A DNA stretch of 60,270 nucleotides, filler included, from Globobulimina sp. (Eukaryota): assembly GCA_003354225.1 (NCBI GenBank). It is 15 parts of 15 records of this genome, joined end to end, with 100 filler letters (N's around TTAATTAATTAA, not from the genome) between each part and the next. Parts side by side here need not be neighbours in the genome. Positions count along the whole stretch, not along the records: positions 44,289 to 48,210 come from PIVH01001883.1; positions 48,311 to 52,230 come from PIVH01001884.1; positions 52,331 to 56,250 come from PIVH01001885.1; positions 56,351 to 60,270 come from PIVH01001886.1; 11 more parts are not named here. One strand, written 5' to 3'. Numbering within the stretch: the stretch's first letter is position 1; each line of letters starts with the position of its first letter. Position numbers and translations under genes: made by a program. This document shows, one piece after another, positions 47,760-59,300 of the stretch. The notes below the pieces were generated by a model. The model saw only the letters and a list, made by a program, of their open reading frames with translations, was not told the DNA's origin and ran no database searches.

Positions 47760-48210
47760 TTGAGTTGTCCATCAGGAGAGACATGCTCTAGTTACAGATT
47801 TATATGTGAATCCACCACCGGATGTGAGTGGAACACCACAGATACTTTTTGTGAAAGTAACGATGGTATATGGCAGCAATCATGTTGTTATAAATCAGTA
47901 ACAGCCCATCCATCACAATCACCATTACAAAATCCAACAGAATCACCATCACAAAATCCAACTGGACGACCGTCAGACAGTCCAAGCAGAGCCCCAACAA
48001 ACTCATCGTCAGATTCGTCAGAACCGTCGCGTCGACCAACAATGCAATCGGCAGTTAAATGGGAAATGATTCATCCATCATATGATGGTGGAGATGGTGA
48101 ATTATTATGGCATGTTTATTATGGTGATTTTAGCAAAGATGAAAGATTTGATGATTATAGAAAAAAGCAAATGTGGCATGTACAAGGTTTGTTGTTTTTG
48201 TTTGGTACAA
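47760..48210 (+). CDS. Fragment of a Cys-rich / PS-PT-stalk surface protein
   Basis: Cys-rich segment followed by PSQSP..NPT repeats; start and end unclear. Confidence 0.35.
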
Positions 48211-48310
48211 NNNNNNNNNNNNNNNNNNNNNNNNNNNNNNNNNNNNNNNNNNNNTTAATTAATTAANNNNNNNNNNNNNNNNNNNNNNNNNNNNNNNNNN
48301 NNNNNNNNNN

Positions 48311-49406
48311 CGGAGCAAGCACACATTAAAAAAAGGGAAGCAGCCTCAGAATTACTATACCAACTTACATTCAATTTTATGCAACAACAAACACAGCACA
48401 TAACGAAAAAGAAAGTCATTTCAATGCTGTCCAAAACAATCATGGCCGTGAATGCGTCGCCAAAAGATTTTCTTTTACGTCTTTTTGCCGTGAATGAATT
48501 AGAATTTCTTGTTTTCGCATACCATGTAAACTGAGACAAATAAGTATCGTTACAATCAATATTGATACTGTCCATATCACAGTCATCCCATAAATCACTC
48601 AGAGCAGAACCACCGCAAATACCATACATAGGAGACATAAAACAAAGAATCAAAAATATCACAGCTACGATAATCATTATTTCAGACATTCCAATATTGG
48701 ACACTCCGCTCATTATATTTTCAAATCCAGTGCTTGTTCGCTGCACTGATTGTTGACGAAATGTTGTTATTCTTTGCATGGTACTCGATCGTCGTATGGT
48801 TGTTTGTTTTGGTTCATTTTTGGTTTCGTTTATTTGTTGTTTGTTACTGTTTGGTTGCAATGATAGCAATTCAGAGACGGTGTCGTCAACATTTATTTGT
48901 CGTGTTTCTGTATTATCAAATTTATCATCGATAAGGTCAGAAGTCTCTGATTCATCGTCACTGATTTTGGCAGTTTGAGTAGGAATATGGCTATATTTCT
49001 TTGTTGTTTTTTGAGTATGATGTTGGTGAAATGATGGAGGTTGTATTTGTATTTTTTGTTGTTGCTCATTCTGAATTTTATCCACTTTGACATTTCTGTG
49101 TAATTTTAATTCATTTTGAACATTTTCTATATTTTGTATCCATTGCATCATTTCTTGCGCAGATTCAGCAGTGAATAGTCTCATGTTTTGAGATGATATC
49201 AATTTAAAACAACAATCGGTTGCCGTTGCACTTATTTCGTCGTAAGTATTTAAATCAAACGATTCTGTAATTGTTTTATTGTCATCGTCTTTGTAACAAT
49301 CGATTCTCTGTCCTTCCAAAACAACCCATCGTTTTCTATTTGTTTTTAAATATAGAGATTGTTTTAGCAAATATCCTTGTTTCATGATTCCATTTGCTTT
49401 GTGCAT
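48311..49406 (-). CDS. PH-domain membrane protein, 3'-partial
   Basis: KQGYLLKQS...RKRWVVL...CYK, FTAES.QEM.QWI; two TM helices near the contig end. Confidence 0.75.
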
Positions 49407-49445
49407 TTTGATGATTTAAGGTTGAAAACTTAACTTTGTCAGTAA

Positions 49446-50525
49446 ATGAAGTCTCTTGTACAGCAATTAAGATGTGGTGTTTCCCATCCTTATGTAACAT
49501 TGCGTGCTTCGCCAAATCTCCCAATCGATTTCAACCGAGTGTATTATGAAGATCCAGATTTCATAAAACTCAGAGATATGGATACTGCACAAATCGAAAG
49601 CTTATTTAAAAGCACACCTGGACAATTTACAAAGGAGCAACTTTTACAAAGATGTTATTATTTTTTCAAATTAAGATTTCAAAAATATGACAATATTCAA
49701 AACGAAGCGAGCAAAGCTCAACAAATGTGGTTTCAACATCACTTAACTGAATCAATGAAGAGAGCTGATTGGAATGATGATGTTTATAATAATTTGCATG
49801 GACTGAGTCTGCAAGAAAGTGATGACATTCATAATCATAATATGGATATAAATAATACGGACAATACAATGAAATGGTTGCATTATTGCGGATTACCATC
49901 AATTCAGCCTTGGACCACAATGTTAACTGCGGCAATTGTCAGTGATTTAATTATGGATAATTCAGATATTTATGATAATAATGTATTGGATGTTGGTTGT
50001 GGTAGTGGACAATTTGCACATTTATTAAATGATAAACTGTTAAGAAATGAGTATGAATATCTGCATAAACTAAATGTTGATGGAATTGATATCTCTGCGT
50101 TTTGTTTGAAGCAAGTATCGGAATTAAAGCAATACAAAAAATTGAATGAATTAAATTTATGCATTGATGCGGATATAAAGAAAATAAAAAAGAAATATCA
50201 ATTTATTGTGTCGTGTGATTTTTTACAACAGTCTGGTTTTGGTGGATTGCCAGGCGTTGAATGCATAAATAAATTAATGAATTTAGTGGAGGAGAATGGA
50301 TATTTTGTTATTGTAAATTCAATTATTTCAACCTCATTTAATTGTATTTCATTTTATAATCATGTTTTAAATACGATTTGGACGCAAAATGCATTTCAAT
50401 GTATTGGCGATTTGCAATTTACAAATCTTGGCGGATTTATTCATCCAAAAAATGAATTTGAGACTAACGCTTATAAAAAAAGTTGCATTTTTGTTAAAAT
50501 TATGAAAAAACAGTCGTTAGATTAA
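49446..50525 (+). CDS. Class I SAM-dependent methyltransferase
   Basis: Motif I VLDVGCGSG, GIDIS, YQFIVS and L...G.FVI. Confidence 0.82.
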   Translation: MKSLVQQLRCGVSHPYVTLRASPNLPIDFNRVYYEDPDFIKLRDMDTAQIESLFKSTPGQFTKEQLLQRCYYFFKLRFQKYDNIQNEASKAQQMWFQHHLTESMKRADWNDDVYNNLHGLSLQESDDIHNHNMDINNTDNTMKWLHYCGLPSIQPWTTMLTAAIVSDLIMDNSDIYDNNVLDVGCGSGQFAHLLNDKLLRNEYEYLHKLNVDGIDISAFCLKQVSELKQYKKLNELNLCIDADIKKIKKKYQFIVSCDFLQQSGFGGLPGVECINKLMNLVEENGYFVIVNSIISTSFNCISFYNHVLNTIWTQNAFQCIGDLQFTNLGGFIHPKNEFETNAYKKSCIFVKIMKKQSLD

Positions 50526-50540
50526 AAACAGCTATATAAC

Positions 50541-52144
50541 ATGCACGAGATTAATGAGACTCATTCCATATGGCGTCATTTAATTGGCACACCATCTGAA
50601 GAGGACATAGAGTGTGAATTATTACAATCAATCGACCCGCAACACATTCCAATGACAACACGGAATGAAATATGGTATATACATATATATTTTGTATGTA
50701 GTTTCTACAAACAAACAAGTAAAAAAAAGGCTTGGTATTTATATGACGTCGCCCGATCACCTTTAATTGTGGTGATGTTAGGACTGGTTTTCCCAATATA
50801 TTTATCAATAATAGCCACTCGCTATGCATGCAAATACAACACACCAAATGGTTGTGACTATTATGATAATCCGATATTATCATCTACGGCAACATTGGTT
50901 GTATATATTGGGGATTGGTCATTGAAACCAGAGTCATTTGCGACATTAATGATAAGTTTGAGCGGTGCATTGCAGGCCATTGCTTATTTATGGTTCAGTT
51001 CGATTGCGGATTATTCAAATTATCAAAAATATTTGTTTCGTTGGACGACCATTGTTGGCGATATTATGGTTATGATATTCTTCTTCGTTCCTGGTGAATA
51101 TTGGCTATTTATCGGTGTTTTAGGAGCAATGTTATTGGTTCCCATTGGATTATCATTCATATTTTACAATGCATACTTACCTGTTTTGGTGGCAAATCAT
51201 TGGTTAATTCGCAGACTGCAAAGGAAATGTAAAGATAACATAAAAAAAGGAAATGTAAATATAGACATTTATTGCAATCCATACAAGATGAAATTAGTCA
51301 GTTTGGATATGCAGTGGGTTACGCCGGCGCTCTTATTGCCTGTGTACTGGCTGGGATTGGTTTCTTTTATTTGGAGGATATTACAACTCAAAGAACACAG
51401 ATATATGGTATTGAAATGAATGGATTTGGAGAAGAACTTTGGATGAAACCGATCATAGGAATTGATATTTGGTTTTCACATATCAATATTATTAATATTA
51501 CGAATTCAGAATCAAATGTTTTATGGTCCAATTCTTTTATACATGGTATTCAATTTAGTTATGGGAAAATCTTTGAAAATGGCTCCGTTTATGGCATAAC
51601 AAATGAGAGTGAGTTTGTGTTTGATTATGATGCGGATTCGATATTTATTGAAACGGATTTTGTTCATTCACATTATGTGATTGACAGTGAAATAATACAA
51701 ATTAATTTATATAAACAGGGAGAGAATGTGATAAATGGCATTGAGTTTATAATGAATAATAACAAGAGTGTGTACGGTGGGAATTCCACAGGAATATATA
51801 TTGAAATTATACCAGACAAGTATCCAGATTATGAATTGTGTGGTTATCAGATCAGTACAGGAATATATTTAAATGTCGAAAACGATAATTACAACATATC
51901 AATGCCAATAATCTATGGCTATGCCTTTGTTTTCATGGATATTATTGTTGGACAATATGGCTCAACAATTGACAACAGATTAATATTCTCATTATGCGCT
52001 GTATGGAATTTAGTATTTGCCATTCCATCATTTATCATTTTAAAATCACGAAAAAAAGAGAAAGCATTACAAACATCGATATGTACTGTTTCATTCCGCG
52101 ATTATTATTCAACAATTTGCGACGCCGCAAAGTATCCCAATTAG
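50541..52144 (+). CDS. Atg22/UMF1-type MFS transporter with jacalin-like insert; frameshift near 51245; 3'-truncated
   Basis: AWYLYDVARS, SSIADY, FYNAYLPVL, then in a shifted frame DEISQFGYAVGYAG and AVWNLVFAIP...LKSR. Confidence 0.75.
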
Positions 52145-52330
52145 ACCTTTGGAATTTATCCGGTCGAATTCGCCTTGAGTTCGAGTGCTTGAAACCTATG
52201 GTGGAGTGTATATGATCTCTAAAGGGGTTTNNNNNNNNNNNNNNNNNNNNNNNNNNNNNNNNNNNNNNNNNNNNTTAATTAATTAANNNNNNNNNNNNNN
52301 NNNNNNNNNNNNNNNNNNNNNNNNNNNNNN

Positions 52331-53655
52331 TTTCTTTTTGGTGCAATAAAATAAAATTGAAACATCTTTTTTTGTTTTGCATTGATGGCACGATGCAGAT
52401 TGAACCAATGTTTTATTATTGGCGCTGATATTAAGTGTAATGGGGGCAAATATTATCTTATTCATATTTTCTGGACAGGCGGTGGTGGCTGGCAATTGCG
52501 TGGAGTCTGCATTTAGCGGAGATAGTGGCGGAATGGATATGGAGGGTGTTGCCGCTGGTGGGATATTACAAAAATCAGGGAAATGATTGCAATGAGTGTT
52601 GTTGTCATAGTCTGACGATATCTTTTGATCGACAATGGCAGGCAATACGTTATTGGATGAAGCGGTATTATCTCGCTGTGTTTTCTGCTCTTCATTCACG
52701 TTATTTTTACATGCTTTTACCTCGAATTTGGTATCAATAATAGGGGGTAAGTCAAATTTATTATGTTTTGGAGTTTGATACATATTTGGATGCGATTCTT
52801 CAATTTTCGGTGAGATTGAATGAAGTGAATAGTTGCTGGCAGTGGCAGCACATATGGCCATTTCTGCTGTGTTTGGCATCAATCTGTGTTTTTGTAAAAA
52901 AAAACATGTTTTTATCAAATTAAATCTGTGAAAACAACATGTTTTTAGCATAATACATGCAATTAAAATAAAGTGTACCTATGATGATTTTGATTGAATT
53001 GTGTCGAATTTGTGCTGGATGCAGGTGATATGGGCGAGGATGTGGTGTTGAATGCATTGATATTTCTGTTGTTATTATTATAATTATTCTGCTGTTGGTA
53101 TGTACTTTGTGCGCATGCATTATTTGCGTAATTCATTGTATTTGTATGTACAGCATAATCAGCAGCAAATCGACGAGTATTGTCAGTTGGATATGGTACC
53201 ATGTTATTGCTATTATGTGCTATTAAATTGGTGCTGTATACAGGTGTTAGTACATCTGCATCACATTGTAAGTTAGGTAAATTACATAAATGTGTAGTTG
53301 CATTATACTGATTATACGACATACAGTCATTTGGATCGCCACCATATCCATCATAGACATATACGTTATCGTCTAATCGTTGTCGTTTATTGTTATTAAA
53401 TGGGTACTCGAATGGTGTGGACATGTTATTGTTATTATTGTTACTATGATGCGCACAAAATTGTACATTTTGTGGATGCGAAATGTTGGTGTTTGTGTTT
53501 GTATTTGTATTGTTTGTGGATGTAAGAAATAAATCGAGCAATGGACGTTTTTGACCAATATAATTATTCATATTTCGATGGTTCATCGGATTCATTTGGT
53601 TATGTCCATATAAATGAACATTTGTTGTAGGTACATGAGGTTCGTAATTATTCAT
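52331..53655 (-). CDS. N/Q-rich putative transcription/chromatin factor with zf-4CXXC-like finger, 3'-partial (intron 52884-52978)
   Basis: Low-complexity N-terminus; SCHQCKTKK.....C at the contig end; a 95-nt intron joins the two ORFs in frame. Confidence 0.55.
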
Positions 53656-54053
53656 GTTTATGCCAATTATTTTTAGGTATTGCGCTGTTGCTGATGTTGA
53701 ATGATATAAAAAGGAAAGTAATTTCGATACAGAAACAAAAAAATATTATACGCACAAAAAATACATGAAATTCATATTTTTGTCCGGGTAAAGAGTAGTG
53801 AGATTTATATGTTTGAGATTACTATGCGTTGATGCGGCACAAATAATTGGTTAATTAAGTAATCAATTATTTGACTGACAGTGAGTCAGCATATGCCATA
53901 GCTTGATGAAGGTGACTGAACGTTGAGGTGAGAAGTTCAAAAACATTTTGTGAAAAAGATGGACCTAAAATATATAAATACCATTAATTAAGATGGGCAG
54001 TTACTAGTAGTAAAAATGACACAGAAATAGAAACATAAGCACAGCAAAACAAT

Positions 54054-54260
54054 AGAATTCGTGAATTTAACTGAATCGAAAGCAAAGTCACTATTATAAA
54101 TTCAGTACAATTTTATTCGTCTCAGCTATGATATAAAAAATGTAGGTAATTCTGTATTATATCCTTTTCAACATAAATATGATTGATATAATTAAACATA
54201 TAAATAAATTATAATTAAACATATAAAATCAACTGAATTATCGACTTTGCTTTCAATTCA
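54054..54260. mobile_element. MITE family A, copy 2 (internally deleted, right TIR truncated)
   Basis: Shares the left TIR, the core tatgatataaaaaatgtaggtaattctgtattatatcc and most of the right TIR with 46296-46554. Confidence 0.85.
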
Positions 54261-54424
54261 AGAAAACCACAGAATTGTTTTGATAATATTATGCGAATTA
54301 CATGATATTTTATAATTTTTATTCCATTTAACTTTATATAAACGAATAAAGTTTTTTATTTATTTATGAATTTTACAAACTTTCTCCACTTAAAAAAACG
54401 TGTCACTAACCGTAGCCAGAGACA

Positions 54425-55278
54425 ATGAGTGTTGTAGCTTTAACGTATTGTGTTGTCTTCCTTATTTCTTATGTACAAGGCGGTACTCCAACTGTGGATT
54501 TACTCGATTTAACATTAGCGACCAAAGCCGCATTTTTTGATTTTGACAAGACGTTAACCGTCGCGCCGTCGTATGGTAAGAAATTTCGAAATAAATGTTT
54601 AAACACAGGCAGTGACTGTGATCAAATGGGTGATATGGTGGACGAATTCGACAGCATCATCAATGATACCAAGAACGTGACCGATGCCTTTGGCGGTGAA
54701 GCAAGGATTGAGCGGTTAATGTTAAGTTTTGACCGTTTACGATCCGCCGAGAGTACCATTGAGAATATTTATTGCGTGTCCACTTCGTGGGAACCTATAC
54801 TTGCGGAGGAATGGGGCGATTTTATATATGCGACCTTTCAGGTAATTGGATTGGATGAGTATTTTGACCGAGATCATATATTACCACTTTATGACGCGGG
54901 CGAAGGTTTTACAGCGGATAAAGGTGCGGTGATTGGAGCCAAATTGTTAGAGTTAGGTTTAGATGAAGGGCCGTCGCAATGTATATTTTCTGAGGATAGC
55001 ATTGGGAATATCGAGCATTCGGTGGGTATTTGTGATACAGTATTCATTCAAGAAAGGGATGGCGTGGATGAGACTGATTTAAATTATGTGGTGGCCAGTT
55101 AAGTATTTATGCGAATTTGCGGAGTTTACTGAATTATACAAAACAACATATTTTCTATTTATATTTAGGAGGATTGTTTTTTCCAAAGGAATATGTTAAT
55201 TTCGTGGATGGTGCCAATGTCAATGTTCCTTCCTATTTTTTCCTTTTTTTAGTTTCTTATTTGGTGGCATTGTTTTAA
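54425..55278 (+). CDS. Secreted, probably GPI-anchored HAD-like phosphatase (intron 55098-55168)
   Basis: Signal peptide; FFDFDKTLT; VSTS; DK; IFSEDSIGNI; the spliced last exon ends DGANVNVPSYFFLFLVSYLVALF*. Confidence 0.75.
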
Positions 55279-55491
55279 CTTTGTAATTTTGTAAAATTTG
55301 TTATATATATTATAATCAGTGCGTATTCTTTTTGTTTGAAATCAATTTTCGTTTGAATCAATTTTCGTCCATCCCTCCGTTTTTGTTGTTGTATACTAAG
55401 GCACTTAATCACAAACAAGAGGAGTCTGAACGTGCGCGTATAACAAAAACACAATAATTAACTTTTTTGGCTTAGTTTCGTTTCATTTCAT

Positions 55492-55637
55492 TTCAACGAT
55501 TGGCAAGGTTTTTGGGTTAGCCAGAGTGGTTTTCAACCTAGTATTAGAAGTTGACCTAGTATTGGATGACCTAGGTCAACTTCGAATACTAGGTTGAAAA
55601 CCACTCTAGCTAACCAAAAACTTTGCTAATCGTTGAA
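55492..55637. repeat. 146-nt near-perfect palindrome (foldback/MITE-like)
   Basis: ~67-bp arms ttcaacgatt...gttgacctag / ctaggtcaac...aatcgttgaa with 4 mismatches, 1 indel and an ~11-nt loop. Confidence 0.92.
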
Positions 55638-55788
55638 CTGCGAAATATCCAATCAATGCGAAATCCTAAAAACTGCATCCTAGGATGGAAGCAATATTTA
55701 CATTTGCAAGGTATTGATAGTGCTGTGCATTAACATAATTATTGAATTACTTTATCTTCTTTGACTCTGATAGTTTGTTGTTGTTGTT

Positions 55789-56250
55789 TTAATTTCTTTT
55801 CTTGTTCATGTTTATATACTTTCTCTCTTCTCCGATCCATTGATTAACAAACATATCCCACCAAGATTCAAATAAACAAATTCCAATATCTGTTTCAAAT
55901 ATGCATTTTATATTTTTTTTATTGTTATTCAATATTATATTATATCTCCAACATTGATATTTATTTATCCATTCAATGTATTTTATGTTTATCCATAAAT
56001 GTCCATAATCATTTGCATCAATTCTATATTTTATCAATATTTGTATAATCCTCCCCATTGGACCAAATAATAACTCTTTCACCCTGCAAATCATCCATTT
56101 CTTAGTGTACACATACTTAAAATCAATAATATTTAACAAATATTCTTGTTTTGATACATCAAATAATATAATTTGTCTATGTTTGATTGTATTAATTATT
56201 GCATCACTTTTAAATCTCGCACAATATGAAATAACTAACTTATGCACATC
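55789..56250 (-). CDS. Hypothetical protein C-terminal fragment
   Basis: ORF open to the contig end in very AT-rich sequence; no recognisable motif. Confidence 0.35.
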   Translation of the reverse strand, partial: DVHKLVISYCARFKSDAIINTIKHRQIILFDVSKQEYLLNIIDFKYVYTKKWMICRVKELLFGPMGRIIQILIKYRIDANDYGHLWINIKYIEWINKYQCWRYNIILNNNKKNIKCIFETDIGICLFESWWDMFVNQWIGEERKYINMNKKRN

Positions 56251-56350
56251 NNNNNNNNNNNNNNNNNNNNNNNNNNNNNNNNNNNNNNNNNNNNTTAATT
56301 AATTAANNNNNNNNNNNNNNNNNNNNNNNNNNNNNNNNNNNNNNNNNNNN

Positions 56351-59300
56351 AGACATTTAGAAACCCAAGAAGATAAAAAAGTAATTCAATCCGAAGTCTC
56401 CATGCAAAGGGCGGCCACCAAGAAATTATCCAAAGAATTGACGCAGTTGATGGGCAAAGACGTCTCCACCGACGATCCCAAACAATTAATATTAGCCATC
56501 CAACAGTTACAGCACATTATGAGCGAGGAGAGATTAGATCGAATGAGAGAGAAACAATTGTTCAAGGATGAGATCGCCAAATTAGAATATAATTTGGGCG
56601 ATGCTAACTATGCTATGAGCAAATTAAAAAAAGACTTAACTGAAACGTTGGGCGAACATTTAGTGACTGACGATCCCCACCAAATCGCCGAGTTATTACA
56701 GAAAGTACAATATCAGTTAGCAGAGGAACGGATGGATGGGATGCGACAACGGAGGCAATCCATACAATTAACGGATAAAATCAACAAAATAAATTATGAA
56801 TTGGCCGATGAACGGTTGCAATTATTGGAATTGAAAGAGACCATTCAAGATATATTAGAGATCGATATCGAATCTTTTGATGAGAACTCTGTCAATTTAA
56901 AAGATTTGTTAATCAAATTAAAACAACAAGTGAATGATGAGTTTGATTTCAACCAAGAAGGCGATAACAAATTGAACCGGCGAGAGAAGGCGGAACAAGC
57001 GTCCATGTTGAAGGCCGACGAGAAGATCAAAACCATTGACATCGAGGAAGAGTTAAAACAAATAGAAAATGACCCCGCCGTCCATTACAACAATATCGAT
57101 GATATTGGCCAATTGAAGAAAATCATCCAATCATTGCACATGGAGTTGAAAAATAGCCGGACGGACCATTTGGCGGTATCGGAGACAAAAACACATTTAG
57201 AAGTACAAACATTTGATCTTCAAACTAAGCTACATTCAGAGAAGAAGAAATTTACCAAATTATTGCGTATGAGCCAACAAATGGCGGGCTTTGATCCCAA
57301 GCTGTTGGATATGGAGGCCACAGAGCAAGGACTCCAACCACCGTTGCTCGAAGAGGAGGAGCGTGAGCATGACAGTGAGGGATCGGATGGTGGTGATTCC
57401 ACGCATGTTTATGAAGAGATGGAGCATATGGAATCATGGAACGGCACTGCGCAGGAATTAGATGATGAGATCAATCGATTACAGAGTGAGTTGGACAAAT
57501 CGCACAAACAGATCTCGACTGTCAAGCAAGAGAACCAACGATTATCGGAACGGATTAACACATTACAATCAACGAACCGCAATCATCGACGCAGAGAATC
57601 TGAAGTGTTTACTGCCATTGGCGATGATGCTAAAAACGTTATTGAACAGTTTGAAGAATTGGAAGAAAACCGCAAGAAGATGGAAAATGACGCGTTACAA
57701 TTGGCCTATTTACAAGCGGAGCAACGCCGAATGGAGATCGCCTACGAACACGCTCGGGCCAATGCCACCAAATACAGGCTGGAATCGACCAATTTGAAGT
57801 CAAAACTGAAGGATTTAGAAGAGAAAAACGCCGAAATCGAAGAGTTGAATATAGTGCGAGACAAATTGCTCGATTTAGAGAATCAGGTGAAAGAGAATGA
57901 GAATCAGGAGTTAGAATTGGCGTTTTACAAAGCAGAGAAGCAACGGATGGATATCAAATTTGAGTTTCAAGAGAATCTTTCCAAGCAAGCGCGCGAACTC
58001 AACAAAGAGCTGCAAAAGGCAGTAAAACAGGAGAAGGAAAAGGTACGCCGCATGTCGCAAACCCTGAGCAGTACGGATGTGGACGAGATCGATAATGTGA
58101 ATGATGGCTCTGCGCTGCCGTTAGAGGAACAGGTGAACAAATTAAAGGACCAATTGACCAAAGAACAAATGGAGAAACAGATATTGCAGCAAAGATTGTC
58201 CAACGCGGAATCGACGCAAGTTAACAAGTTGTTGCAATATGTGAATAGCACTAAGAAACCAATGCCTCCGCCGCCTCCAAAAAAGCAAATCAGTGCTAAT
58301 GGGGACAGTGATGGTGATGGCGGGGAAGAGGAGGATGGCAATGTGTCGCCGCTGGAACAGGACGAGGAGGAGGAAGAGGATGATAATAAACATGAAGCGG
58401 ACAGTAGTGGAGAAATGGAGACACTTAAATTTAAATTGGCCAATGCAGAGTTGCAAAATGCGCAGTTAAAAAGGCGAGTTTCCATTGCTGGCATTGAAAA
58501 GGAACAGTTATCGTTGTTGTGGGAGCAGCCCCGGGTCACTATACAAATGGTATCGGAGTTCATTGAGAGATTGCCATTGAAACACAAAGAAAAGATATGG
58601 GCGCGGCATGCCACGGGGCAGTATATTGCAAAGAATAAGGTGTTGCATACGTTGCATTCCTTTGTGGCTTTATGTATTAAGATCAAAGATCGTACGGCCG
58701 TGGCGCCGTCGCGACACGATATTGAGAAGAAGTTGGTGCCCTTTGCCGATGTGATACGGCAGCGGACGGAGAATATGAATGGAATGGCTTTGGATGAATT
58801 TAACAATGAGTTACATTTTTGGATCTTAGAACCAGTGAGCGGACTGATTATGACCAGCGATGAACAGAAACAATGGATGGATGAAATTGATCAATTACGC
58901 GACGAGTTGGTCAAAACGCAAAAGGAGAAGTTACGGATACAAAGGAAATCGCAAATGGACCTTACGGTGTTATTGGATAAGATGAAAGGGTTTGAGATCC
59001 AGCCGGAAGAGAAAATTGCTGAGTTAGAGGAACACATTGAAGAGCTACAGGATGCCATTAATGATTTACAGTCGGATCGAAAGGAGAAAGACGAAGAAAT
59101 TAAGGGGTTAATGAAGGATAATTTTAATTTGCGACAAGGCAGAGATAAATCGCGAGAGAGTGAGGATGATGAAGAGGAGGAGGAGAAGGAGGAGGTTGAG
59201 GAGGATGAGGATGAGGAAGAAGAAGAAGATGAAGAGGAACAAGTGCCAGAATTAATTGATGCGTCACAGCAAAAAACAATGTCAGAGTTTCGGGACTTGC

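Noticed and set aside
3930-56350. Regularly spaced TTAATTAATTAA motif every ~4.02 kb, suggesting nanochromosomes, telomeres or an array
   Set aside because: Always embedded in identical N44 pads; it is an artificial six-frame-stop linker between size-sorted contigs.
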